In this document: positions 16,494 to 26,232 of the stretch, one piece after another
Layout: every line of letters starts with the position of its first letter
Position numbering within the stretch: position 1 is the stretch's first letter
Assembly: GCA_963833125.1 (NCBI GenBank)
Contig: CAWHWX010000028.1
Location: 97,985 to 129,984, forward strand
Direction: 5' to 3'
Length of the DNA stretch: 32,000 bases
Source: Candidatus Bathyarchaeota archaeon
GTDB taxonomy: Archaea; Thermoproteota; Bathyarchaeia; 40CM-2-53-6
Notes under the pieces: generated by a model
The model's database searches: none
What the model saw: only the letters and a program-made list of their open reading frames with translations
What the model was told of the DNA's origin: nothing
Position numbers and translations under genes: made by a program

Positions 16494-17519
16494 TTGCCAA
16501 AACGAGTCGCTCTAATCCGTGGAGATGGCACAGGACCTGAGCTCACCGAAGCAACCCTGAAAGTTCTCAAGGCTGTCGATACGGACGTCGAATTCATTGA
16601 ATGTGATGCGGGGGCCGAGTGGTGGCAAGCCCACGGCGGATCCGTTCTGATTCCCGATTCGAGTTGGAAGATAATTGAATCAGCTGATGCGTGCCTGAAA
16701 GGGCCCACTACTACGCCCGCAGGCCCGAAAACGCCACGCAGCGTTGCTGTGAGCATACGTCAAAGGATGAATCTCTACGCGAACATTCGACCGGTTAAGA
16801 CATTCGAAGGAACCAAACGGCCGCTCGGCGACGTGGAGTTGGTGTGCGTTCGTGAAGCCACCGAGGGGCTATACTCAGGTATTGAGCATAGGCTGTCAAA
16901 TGACGTCGCGATAGCCTTTCGCAAAATTACACGAGCCCCAAGCGAGAAGCTGTGCCGAACCGCCTTTGAAGAAGCCAAACGCCGCGGCTGGAAACGCACC
17001 TACGTAATCACCAAACAGAACATCCTGAAAGAAACCGACGGGCTATTCATGGAGGCAGCTAACGGCGCACACGCAAACTACCCCGAGATAAGCATGGACG
17101 AATATTTCATTGATAATTTCGCCCAACAACTCATCAAGAACCCTCAACGCTTCAATCAAAGCGTGATCTTCGGCACTAACCTCTTCATGGACATTATCTC
17201 CGAGGAAGTCTCCGCCCTAGTCGCCAGCATAGGCTGCATCTACTCCGCGAACTTTGGCGATGAGTACGCAATGTTCGAACCTGCTCACGGCAGCGCCCCT
17301 CAGTACAAAGGCAAGAACAAAGTGAACCCAACAGCCACCGTCCTAGCCGGAGCCTGGATGCTGGATTACTTAGGGGAGAAGAAGAAATCTGAAGTCATCT
17401 TCAAAGCAACCCGGGAAGTGATTGCGGAAGGAAAGAAGGTTACATATGACCTAGGCGGGAGCGCAGGCCTTTCAGAAATGTCGGACGCCATTGCTGACCG
17501 AGCTCGAAAGAGCCTGTGA
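16494..17519 (+). CDS. Isocitrate/isopropylmalate dehydrogenase family protein (beta-decarboxylating dehydrogenase)
   Basis: 341 aa with KRVALIRGDGTGPE at the N-terminus, plus SIRQRMNLYANIRP and EPAHGSAPQYKGKNKVNPTA. The conserved N-terminus leaves only the TTG at 16494 as a start. Confidence 0.85.
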   Translation: MPKRVALIRGDGTGPELTEATLKVLKAVDTDVEFIECDAGAEWWQAHGGSVLIPDSSWKIIESADACLKGPTTTPAGPKTPRSVAVSIRQRMNLYANIRPVKTFEGTKRPLGDVELVCVREATEGLYSGIEHRLSNDVAIAFRKITRAPSEKLCRTAFEEAKRRGWKRTYVITKQNILKETDGLFMEAANGAHANYPEISMDEYFIDNFAQQLIKNPQRFNQSVIFGTNLFMDIISEEVSALVASIGCIYSANFGDEYAMFEPAHGSAPQYKGKNKVNPTATVLAGAWMLDYLGEKKKSEVIFKATREVIAEGKKVTYDLGGSAGLSEMSDAIADRARKSL

Positions 17520-17707
17520 AATTTCCATCCGAACGTACGGACCCAACTAGAGTAAGTTCACGCCGGACCCTCTTCTCAGCCCTAATGGTCACTATCCATT
17601 CGAGAGGGCGATTAGATTTCAATAATTGTAGCTACAATGTTGATTGGATGGATGGAGTGTACGCAAATACCTATCTGTTGGTGTAATTCATAATAGAATT
17701 GATCCAT

Positions 17708-17905
17708 ATGGAATCCCCCGAAACCGAAGAAAAAGAATTCTCAGACGAAGAGCTTGAAGAAATAATTGACATGAAAGCCCCTACGGCGTTGATTAAGGAA
17801 TTCGAGGCGATGGTGAAAGAGAGCCCCCTCCTCGTCACGGGGTTGGTATTTGCATTTGGAATTCTCATAGGGGTCTCGCTCTCATCCGGTCGTAGAAGGC
17901 GCTGA
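17708..17905 (+). CDS. Small tail-anchored membrane protein (DUF883/ElaB-YqjD-like architecture)
   Basis: An acidic N-terminal part is followed by VKESPLLVTGLVFAFGILIGVSLSSGRRRR. It is a paralogue of the next ORF. The ATG is at 17708 and the ORF opens at a TTG at 17699. Confidence 0.5.
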   Translation: MESPETEEKEFSDEELEEIIDMKAPTALIKEFEAMVKESPLLVTGLVFAFGILIGVSLSSGRRRR

Positions 17906-17954
17906 AAGCTATTCTTTTATTGATTGTACGTTGAGTTAACGCGTGGTGTAGATT

Positions 17955-18170
17955 TTGCCGAAAAAGAAAGACCCACCTAGCGAGATCCCACGGTACATGA
18001 AGAGCCTTAGGAAAGATGTGGACTACCGACTGACAGATTTGAAGTCGGAGTTGGATGATGTCCAGAAGAGGGCGGCTAAGACGATGAAGGAACGGCCTAT
18101 GCTCGCCCTTGGAATCGCGTTCATGGTTGGAATGGCATTCGGCATCGCCCTAGCAAAGTCAGGGGACTAG
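17955..18170 (+). CDS. Small tail-anchored membrane protein (DUF883/ElaB-YqjD-like architecture)
   Basis: 71 aa. A charged helical N-part is followed by MKERPMLALGIAFMVGMAFGIALAKSGD, which resembles the ElaB C-terminus EKPWQGIGVGAAVGLVLGLLLARR recalled from E. coli. Confidence 0.5.
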   Translation: MPKKKDPPSEIPRYMKSLRKDVDYRLTDLKSELDDVQKRAAKTMKERPMLALGIAFMVGMAFGIALAKSGD

Positions 18171-18179
18171 GCGTTCGAA

Positions 18180-18479
18180 TTGCCCGAACCCGAGAAGCCC
18201 GCTCTGTCCGAAAAACTCGTGAAGTTAATCCTACGCGAAGCCCTCGGCGGCGTCGCTAAACCTGTGGAACATTTTGTCAAACGTCTGGTCCGCTCTGTTG
18301 CCTTGATTCTGGGCGGCATTGTGATAGCTGTGATTGGAATCGCATTCGTTGCAGTAGGGGCGGTGAGGTGGCTCAGCTCCCTAATGCCAACTTGGTTAGC
18401 GTGGGCGCTTGTGGGAATAATCCTCCTCCTCATCGGCGTAACCGTTACTTCAACGGCTTACGCTAGTGGACGGAGCTAA
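18180..18479 (+). CDS. Small two-TM hairpin membrane protein (YqjE/DUF1469 Holin-X-like architecture)
   Basis: 99 aa with a TTG start, an amphipathic N-terminus and two long hydrophobic helices (ALILGGIVIAVIGIAFVAVGAV and WLAWALVGIILLLIGVTV). It starts 9 nt after the previous stop. Confidence 0.45.
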   Translation: MPEPEKPALSEKLVKLILREALGGVAKPVEHFVKRLVRSVALILGGIVIAVIGIAFVAVGAVRWLSSLMPTWLAWALVGIILLLIGVTVTSTAYASGRS

Positions 18480-18530
18480 AGGCTCCCGACGATTCCAGCA
18501 TTCGACTTATCGAATCAGAATGTCGCTCAA

Positions 18531-18824
18531 TTACGGTGCGGCATTCTCAGTTGTTAGGAATCGAATAATCTTTCCCGCGCCAAGTTTCTCCGTAACTATC
18601 TTCTGTTCCTCCGCGTTCAGGGGTTTGTATTTGAGATGAGTTTCAGTGACGCCGGCGTAGCGGCCTGCGACTAGGTAGGCGCTTGCGTTCTTCTCTTTGT
18701 AGATGGTTATGGGTTTGTGAACGGCGGCTGGGTCCGTACCGGCATAAAGATAGCTAATTGCGTCGTCGTACTTCGCCTTGTCTTCAATCTTAAACAGGAC
18801 CACATTTGTCTCGTCGGGTTTCAT
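18531..18824 (-). CDS. Hypothetical protein
   Basis: 97-aa ORF of normal composition. I recognise no family. Confidence 0.4.
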   Translation of the reverse strand: MKPDETNVVLFKIEDKAKYDDAISYLYAGTDPAAVHKPITIYKEKNASAYLVAGRYAGVTETHLKYKPLNAEEQKIVTEKLGAGKIIRFLTTENAAP

Positions 18825-18950
18825 GCGAGCTTGACTTGTTTACAGGGGTAAAACTGTTACGGAGTCATCCAAGGCGCTCAGGCAAAGCGCGTCACTTTGC
18901 AAGAGGTTTTATGTCCGGTTCACCCATGCTTTGCGTAGGATCGTTAGAAG

Positions 18951-19445
18951 TTGATTAAGGCAACAGTACAGAAAGCGCTAAACGACCAAACAAGAAAGGA
19001 ATTCTACTCCCATTATCTCTACCTCTCAATGGCAGCGCATTTCGAATCAATCAACCTGCGAGGGTTCGCCCATTGGATGCGTGTTCAAGCGAAGGAGGAA
19101 ATGGAACACGCGATGAAATTCTTCGAATACATAATCGAAAGACAAGGGAAAGTGGTCTTAGAGGCAATCGAGGCACCCGCTGCGAAGTGGAGGACGCCTA
19201 AGGACATCCTCGGGGATGCCTACAATCATGAAAGAAAGGTCACCGAATCCATTCACAAGATAGTTGACCTTGCTGCGTTAGAGAAAGATTATGCCACCAT
19301 CATATTCCTCCAGTGGTTCGTGACAGAGCAAGTGGAAGAAGAAGCAAGCGCGAACGAAATTCTTCAAAAACTCCAACTCATCGGAACCGAAACCAGCGCA
19401 CTCTTCGTTCTGGACGGAGAACTAGGTAAAAGAGCTTCCAAGTAA
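18951..19445 (+). CDS. Ferritin (non-haem, Ftn-like)
   Basis: 164 aa with LNDQTRKEFYSHYLYLSMAAHF...AKEEMEHAMKFFEYIIERQG...YNHERKVTESI...LQWFVTEQVEEE, which carries the ferroxidase-centre ligand pattern. A TTG start is required by the conserved N-terminus. Confidence 0.9.
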   Translation: MIKATVQKALNDQTRKEFYSHYLYLSMAAHFESINLRGFAHWMRVQAKEEMEHAMKFFEYIIERQGKVVLEAIEAPAAKWRTPKDILGDAYNHERKVTESIHKIVDLAALEKDYATIIFLQWFVTEQVEEEASANEILQKLQLIGTETSALFVLDGELGKRASK

Positions 19446-19696
19446 TCAAGCGGACTTTGCCGCGTCTGAAGTTTAGGCTCTTTGCTTCTGATGGTGGGTC
19501 AACGATCAGCGCCATCTTTTCGTGCGAACACTTGACAATTTGATTGCCCGCACCATCAGACCCGCAAAACATATGCTATATAGAACGCAATAGCGCAACG
19601 TTGGACGTCCATAGCTGGGATGGGGGGTGGTGGTGTAATTTGTGGGGAGAACATGTTACTTTGCTGCGTTTGTCTTGTGTTTGGGTACACGTTAGG

Positions 19697-19891
19697 CTAG
19701 TTTAGTTCAGGATGTTTCTTCGTGTATCGGCAACCGCAGACTGCACAGCGTTGAAATCTTGAGTGAAATTGAAGCAAATGATGACAAACATCACAGCACG
19801 ATTCTCGATGAGCCGTCCAATGATGTTCATGCAGTTGGTCGTTTGAAGGAAACATCTTAGCTGGTTGACACAACTTACAATAGTGACTCAT
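19697..19891 (-). CDS. Small Cys/His-rich putative zinc-binding protein
   Basis: 64 aa with 9 Cys and 9 His. The N-terminal CKLC-x12-HEHH has C2H2-like spacing, followed by CCDVCHH and CAVCGC. Confidence 0.45.
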   Translation of the reverse strand: MSHYCKLCQPAKMFPSNDQLHEHHWTAHRESCCDVCHHLLQFHSRFQRCAVCGCRYTKKHPELN

Positions 19892-19988
19892 TGGGTGAAA
19901 CCAAACCGCAATAGGTGTGTCGGGTTATATGCTTGGAGTGTGTTGGAAGAAAGTATTGCGGTCTTGTGAGACTCGTTGGCATTCAACT

Positions 19989-20306
19989 TCATTGGGAGCC
20001 TCCGACTTTGGGAACCTCGAGTTGCCTGAAACCACTTTGCAGAACCAAGTATTGCATTGGGCCGATCTGAATCACATCTCCGACAGATAAATTCCGAGCA
20101 AGGTCCTTCTTCTTGAAAGGAATCCCGAAAGGAGTGGGCTCCAGGCGGAACATGGAGGCGATCATGTCAGGGGTTACGAGGTTCTTGAATTCTGCCTCCC
20201 AACCCAAATCGTAGAGGTTCTCAAGCATCCACTTTTGGATCGTTGAAGTTGCTTCTATCTCCGAAGGATCCGGTTTCCCCTTGAGTAGGAAAACTTTGAC
20301 CTTCAT
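19989..20306 (-). CDS. Hypothetical protein
   Basis: The ATG at 20306 (MKVKVFLLKG...) lies within track ORF 19989..20405. I recognise no family, and the upstream part of the ORF is low-complexity Ser-rich. Confidence 0.4.
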   Translation of the reverse strand: MKVKVFLLKGKPDPSEIEATSTIQKWMLENLYDLGWEAEFKNLVTPDMIASMFRLEPTPFGIPFKKKDLARNLSVGDVIQIGPMQYLVLQSGFRQLEVPKVGGSQ

Positions 20307-20731
20307 CCGCCGACTCCCCTTGACTCGTGGAATTGATTTTCTTTTCTGGTTCCATAAGTCGCTTGCGTTGGCTGAAGAACTCGATGGCGTGTCTGCCCAT
20401 CGCACTGCCCCCGCTTAGTCTCCGACTTCCTTTAACGGAAAATTTGGAGCGGGTCAGTTTGTTGCGAACGCTCCGCACTACTACACGCCTGAAGGCGCTG
20501 GGTACCTTAGCTAATGCGAATGTACGATCCTAGCGGTACATTCACGTTTTTGGCGTTGCTTGACCATGTGTCTGGTCGCCGGCGACCAACTGTATGGTCA
20601 GAAACCAACTCTTGCGACTTTCTTAGCGGTTTTCAGGTTGCTTGGCCACTCGCTGAAGGGTTTGGATCAAGGCGTTCTCTGCCCTCAAATATGTGATCAG
20701 ACCGAACCACCAAAGAATATAACAACACTAG

Positions 20732-20783
20732 TTGGAGCCGGGGATGGGAATCATATTACTAGTTCGGTTCCGTAACAATATAA
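20732..20783. repeat. Left copy of a roughly 52-bp direct repeat bracketing the 9.7-kb island
   Basis: ttggag-ccgg-gatgggaatcatattactagttcggttcc-gta-acaatataa. The 29-nt core (20743-20771) is identical to 30457-30485, and the flanking positions are mostly shared. Confidence 0.85.
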
Positions 20784-20987
20784 GGCAATACGATTATTGA
20801 ATTTCCAATGGCAAAGGAGATCAGCCTGAACTTTGGAGAAAGTTTCTCGTCCCCAAAGCTCTAGTCTCGCCTGGTCTAGTACATAGCATTTAGGCAGCCA
20901 GTAGTCTTCCAAGATACGTACCGATGCCATCTGCCAATTGCAGTGATTTGATCTCAGTTCCATCCGCTGTACCTTTTTGTGTGTGTG

Positions 20988-22038
20988 TCAATCCGAAGTT
21001 TCAATCCACTTCTTCTGTTGCGCAGCATCGTACGCTGTATCCATGAGGCGGTTCACGACGTAGCCGTCTCGGAAGCTTTCTCGCAGTGTTTGGCCTTTAG
21101 CAATGCATTCGACAAAATGTTGCAATTCGTACATGTAGCCTCCGGTTTCAAACTCACGCCAAGTTGGAAACATCCAACCCCTACCCACATCAGCCTTCTC
21201 GACGATGTAACCAGAACGACCCTCTGGTGCAGCCGTGAAGAGCCTAATGCCAGTTTCACGGGTGGCGTCAATGAAGATTGCACCGTCACTCCCGTAAACT
21301 TCCACTCGAACATCAAATCCACCTTTTGCCGACCAACTGTTTTCACACTGTCCAAGGGACCCGTCTTCGAATTTCAAGAGCACAAGGCTATTGTCCTCGC
21401 CCTTTATTTTATGAACGAGAGTTGCTGTCCAAGCTGCAACCTCCGTCGGTTTCTTCTTGTTGACGAGATATCGGACGGCTTCTATAGTGTGGCAACCCAT
21501 GTCCGATAGCACTCCGCCACCTGCGAGATTGGGATCCCAGAACCAATTGCTGTGTGGTCCAGAATGTGCTTCCCTTGCTCTAATCCATGTGAGCTTACCG
21601 ATGGCTCCGCTGCTGATGAATTCGAAAGCGACGAGTTATCTGTGGAATGAAAACCTGATTCTCCGCGTAGCAATTGAGAACTCCATGTTTTTCCACAGCG
21701 TCAAGCGCCTTTTTCGCTTCGGCCCCATTGCGGGCGAGAGGCTTCTCGCATATAATGTGCTTATGATTTTCAGCTGCCGTTATGATCGTTTGCAGATGGA
21801 AATTGTTCGGTATTCCGATGTCTACAACATCGACATCCGGATCTCTGCACATCTTCTCTATGGCATCATCACCGTGGTAGACTTTACTTATGTTCCATCG
21901 TTTCGCGAACTCCACGGTGTCTTCTATCCCAGCAACAGCAACCACGTTTGCAAGTTTGATTTCCGAGTAGGCAGGCATGTGAAAAGTGTTCTGTACGAAA
22001 CCTGTTCCCACAATTCCAACATTCACCTTCTGTGACAT
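20988..22038 (-). pseudogene. Gfo/Idh/MocA family oxidoreductase, one frameshift
   Basis: The N-part (in 21595..22074) reads MSQKVNVGIVGTGFV...ICEKPLA. The C-part frame, read back from 20988..21512, reaches LVAFEFISSGAIGKLTWIRAREAHSGPHSNWFWDPNLAGGGVLSDMGCH. The frames meet near 21636-21640. Confidence 0.8.
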
Positions 22039-22148
22039 AGACTTGACTGACCTCTTGTTATTCAGAGATGGCAAGTCCGTTTAAAAGATTCGGCTCCGTA
22101 AGGATGAAAACTAGCCAAGCACGATCTGTCAAATCCTCGGGTGATGCT

Positions 22149-23092
22149 CTAACTCCACCAGTCCATCACGAATACATCGGATCTGTTGTACGCCGGTTCA
22201 TTTGGTTTGTGCATCGTAACGTAAAGAGTTGATGTGAAGAAGCCTGTCTCTATCATGGTCTTATAGGCTTCGTGGCGTTCCATATTCATTCCAGCTGTAA
22301 TATTCACCAATCCTTTACTCACAGCGAAGGCCTCGCAGGTTTTCAGGAGTCTTTCGAAATCTGTGTGTTGATTAGATGATGGCTTAACTGCCCCAAATTT
22401 CACATAACAGTTTCCACTCCCTGCTTCTGTATACGCGGTCCGCAGTGACAGATAGCAAAACCAGCAAGTTCGGGGCCGTCCCAAAGCAGAATTGTATCGC
22501 CTAAAGCCTGATGGTAAACGGATCGTATCTCCGTTGAAAGATCCAAACCGCCGTAAATCGAATTGCTCACACGAAACGTTTGCTCAATACATTCTCGCTT
22601 TTCTTCTTTCCCAAGAGCCGAGAAAGTTGAGATCGCGAGTAAGTCTTCGCTTGGCTTAACGGGTTTTGTCATAATTGCAGTTAGGCATCTTGGCCAGAAA
22701 CCATACTTCTGATAAAGATGAATGTGCTTCGGGCTCTCAGGTTGAGTGACAAGACCAGCTTGCGATATGTGCCACTGTTCAAACAGATCCTCCGCTCTTT
22801 CAACCAGACGGGAAGCAACACCTTTACCCCATAGGTGGGGGTGAACAGCCATTCTACCGACAAAACTCACACTACCCCATCTCGTCACAACAACCGTTCC
22901 ACGAACGGTTCCTTCGGCTTCCGTGACGAGGATAACGCTAGTGCTACCTCTCCATCGGGAAGCTATCATGTCTCTGTCGCCAAAGGTTTCAAGAGGGTTA
23001 GTGAGCCCATATTGAGTCCCGAAGGTTAGTCGAAGTAGGCGATCCGCTTCGTCCAGCTCTTCTTCTCTGACTGGTCGAACGAGAATATCCAT
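22149..23092 (-). pseudogene. Two-domain GNAT acetyltransferase-like protein, one frameshift
   Basis: The N-part ORF 22400..23092 contains RMAVHPHLWGKGVASRLVE (acetyl-CoA site-like). The C-part ORF 22149..22484 contains TAYTEAGSGNCYVKFGAV.... The frames switch near 22425-22440. Confidence 0.7.
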
Positions 23093-23241
23093 GACACTCT
23101 TTCTATCTGAAGTTCATAAAATCCTTAACGCAAGAGGGCGGAAGTGTTGTGGTGTGAATGCACTGGGACGATAACCTGAGCCCCCCTCTTTGCCTAGTTA
23201 ATCTTCAGGTACTGTTCTGTCTTAGAAGTAGGCGTCCATTG

Positions 23242-24272
23242 TCACCGCTCGCCCCGTTTGATAGAATCCAGCGCTCCGAACATCATTGCCAAGCTTCTAA
23301 TGTTGTCTTGGGCACTGGTCTCCGGTTCCTTATCTTCGACAATGGATCGTGCAAACTCATGTAATGAGTAAGATCTGTCTTCTAGTGGCATGGGTATCAG
23401 TTCTGGTTCGAGGGTGGAAGCTCTCTCGGTCATTCCCCGCGTGTATACGCTCTTGAATGTGCGGGTCGGTTCTTGGAGTGTGACGTGAAGTCCGGTTTCG
23501 TTCCAGCATATTTCTCCTTCCGAGCCTTCGATGCGCCAATCACCATTCCACGTTGTTTCCCATCCTCGTGAAACCCAGCTGCCAAAGTAATTCACTCGAA
23601 TATCGTTTTTCATTTCAACCGAGACTTCAACTGTAGGGTTTCCATCAAACCAACTCCATTTCGGCCTCCAGCTCTTCGCGTAGATGCTAACGGGATCTAC
23701 TCCGAGCAGATACCTCATGAGATCGAAATGGTGAATCACCATCTCAGTGATAATTGGTTCGGGTAGTTTGAGGTAGTATATTCCCGTGAAAGGTGGTGCC
23801 TTGTGGAAGTTGACCGTAGCGTACCCCGCTTCACCCACAAACTCATCCTGCACAAGTTTTCTTATTGTTTGCTGGCGAACTCCTATACCTATAATTCTGG
23901 CTTACCATTAACTTCAACTTCGTCTTCTCTGCTGCCCGTCTCATTTCCCTCGCAGTTTTCCATCGTATCCGCCAATGGTTTTTCAATTAGGACATGCATG
24001 CCAGCATTCAAAGCAGCAATTGCGACTTCCGAATGGTAGTTTGCAGGTACAACTCCTAAGACCGCATCGGCGTCAACCTCTTTCAGTACACGACCAAGAT
24101 CCGTGTAACACTTTGAACTCGGAATTCCATTCTTAGCGGCGGTTCTCTGCAAATTGGCCTTGGATACATCAACGTAGGCAACAACTTCGAAATCTTCGGA
24201 TTGTCGAGCTATTGATGCCCAACTCTCACCCCAGCCACCAACTCCAACCTGAATAAGATTCAGCTTAGTCAT
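23242..24272 (-). pseudogene. Gfo/Idh/MocA family oxidoreductase, two frameshifts
   Basis: The N-part reads MTKLNLIQVGVGGWG...LIEKPLADTMENC. A second frame gives REMRRAAEKTKLKLMVSQNYRYRS. A third frame gives VRQQTIRKLVQDEFVGEAGYATVNF... (23242..23853). Confidence 0.8.
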
Positions 24273-24347
24273 GGAACAACTCGCATCCGAACGAATGGCG
24301 ATTCGTTCGTGACCTCAAATCTCGTGAGGAGTTTTGCTCAAAAGTTT

Positions 24348-25161
24348 TCAGTTAAGTAATTTCAGTAGGTACTCTTTGGTCCGCACTGCCGAGGTATCGC
24401 CTTCGCCTTGTTCTAGTTCGGCTGAAAGGTATCCTGAGTAATTGATCTCTCGCAAAGCCTTGACGATTGACTTGAAATCTATGTTCCCCTCTCCCGGTAC
24501 CAAATGTGCATCTCTAGTTGAGTCATTGTCGTGTATGTGTACGTGTATTATCTTGTCCCTCATCTTCAGCACCGATTTCGGTATGTCTTCCTTCACTACG
24601 TGGAGATGCCCTATGTCCAGTAGGAGTTGTAGACCGGGACTGTTGACCTCTCGCAGCATCTTGTCAGCGAGGTCTGAGGTGGAGATCAAGTTGCCTGGTT
24701 CTGGTTCCAGACCGATTATTCTCTTGTGGCTCTTCGCATAGTCCCACGCATTCTTCCAGTTCAGCCTTGAGCCAGTTCCATTGATCCCTTTCGTTTGTGC
24801 CTTCAATCATTGGGGTTCCTGTTACAATTTCTACCAGAGGTGCTTCGAGGTCTACGGCTAGGTCGACACATTCTTCCACGTGCCGAACTGTCGCTGATCT
24901 CACTCTCGGATTTGGATGGGTGAAGTGCCACTGGGGTGTGCCATTGAATGAGGTAATCGCAGCGACTTTCAATCCAAGCGACTTGGCCTCTGATAGTATC
25001 TTCTTTTTTTGCGAATTGTCATAATCTTCTGGCAACATGTGCGGACGGTTGGCAACTATTTCGATTGCGTCATAACCCAATTTCGCAGTTCTGTCTATGG
25101 CGATTTCAATTGGGTAACGAATGTAAGCGAACGAACTTAAGCAGAGTTTCAAGTCCCTCAT
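24348..25161 (-). pseudogene. Xylose-isomerase-like TIM-barrel protein (sugar phosphate isomerase/epimerase family), one frameshift
   Basis: The N-part ORF is 24664..25161 (LGYDAIEIVANRPH...) and the C-part ORF is 24348..24806 (IIGLEPEPGN...LLLDIGHLHV...HVHIHDN). The ORFs overlap in different frames and the switch is near 24745-24775. Confidence 0.8.
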
Positions 25162-25169
25162 CCTGGCTG

Positions 25170-26202
25170 CTACGGAAGAAGTACGGTCTTAAGGGTTTTC
25201 TTCGAATCGAATAGTTGAAACGCTTCAGACGCTTTAGCTAGCGGAAATCGATGTGTGACGGTTTCAGCCAACCGAATTTTCTTTCGGTTAACTAATCGAA
25301 TCATCTCATCGAAATCGGCAATGTTGAAGTACCACGAACCTCTGATGGTCAAGTCCTTCGTGATGACTTGTTCTACTGGCTTAATTTCTGTTCTGTGCCC
25401 CCATCCGACGAACGCTACTTTTCCATGCGGGGCAACACATTCTAACGCTTCACTTTCCGCAATCGCACTACCCGAACAGTCGATTGACTTACTGACAGCC
25501 TCGTCACCAAGCATTGAGTTGATCGACTCAACTACATTGACATCTCCCAAGTTCTGCAATGTATAGTCACATCCTAGCTTCTTGACGTGTTGTAGTCGCT
25601 CTTTCACTGGATCTATGCCGATTACCGCGGCGCCGAGGGATTTACAAACCATTGCCTCACAAACTCCAATTGGACCCATGCCGAAAATCGCAACATTGTC
25701 GAAAGGACCGACTTCCAGTTTTTTTGCAGCGGAGTAGGTTGTTCCCAGGAGATCGGTAGTAAGGCTCCCGTCAATGAAATCCATCCAAGCAGGTATCTTC
25801 AAGCAGTTTCTCGCCGGGGTTAACAGAAGCTCAGCATCGGCGCCATTCATGTCAAACCCAAAACATTTCGCCTCCTTACAGAACATCCATTCACCAGCAC
25901 GACATCCGTTGCAATGATTGCAACTTACGAATGTGTAAACTGCCACTCGATCGCCTACGATTACCGAATCAACGCCTGGCCCCACTTTCTCAACTAACCC
26001 GCATCCTTGGTGGCCCGGTATAACAGAACCATGGCCCTTTGTTCCAACCCCAGCATGCTGTCTCCCGTGGTACGGGTCTAGGTCCGCGGCGCATAGTGCC
26101 GCTGCTTTTATTCTAACCACAATCCTCCCCATAAGAGGGAGTAGGATCAGGAAAATCGATATAACGGACTTGTTCCGGGCCCGTGAATGAAATGGCCTTC
26201 GT
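25170..26202 (-). pseudogene. Zn-dependent medium-chain dehydrogenase (sorbitol/threonine dehydrogenase-like), frameshift and lost start
   Basis: The called ORF (25170..26132) starts inside the domain at IVVRIKAAALCAADL. The missing N-terminus KAISFTGPEQVRYIDFPDPTPSYGE is read in another frame upstream. The switch is at the G-run near 26123-26130, and ACG sits where the ATG before KAISF is expected (26200-26202). GHQGCG, the CNHCNGCRAGEWMFC structural-Zn lobe and GMGPIG are all present. Confidence 0.8.
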
Positions 26203-26232
26203 GTAGTTTTCCTCTTCGTTGAATTCGGCAGC

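Noticed and set aside
20706-20756. In-frame TAG in the minus-strand micro-ORF as a pyrrolysine or read-through codon.
   Set aside because: There are no Pyl machinery genes or other context. The lineage inferred here is not known for Pyl decoding. A nonsense mutation or a non-coding region is more parsimonious.
20979-22035. Plus-strand ORFs 20979..21509 and 21457..22035.
   Set aside because: They are antisense to a clearly recognisable Gfo/Idh/MocA oxidoreductase and have no family resemblance.
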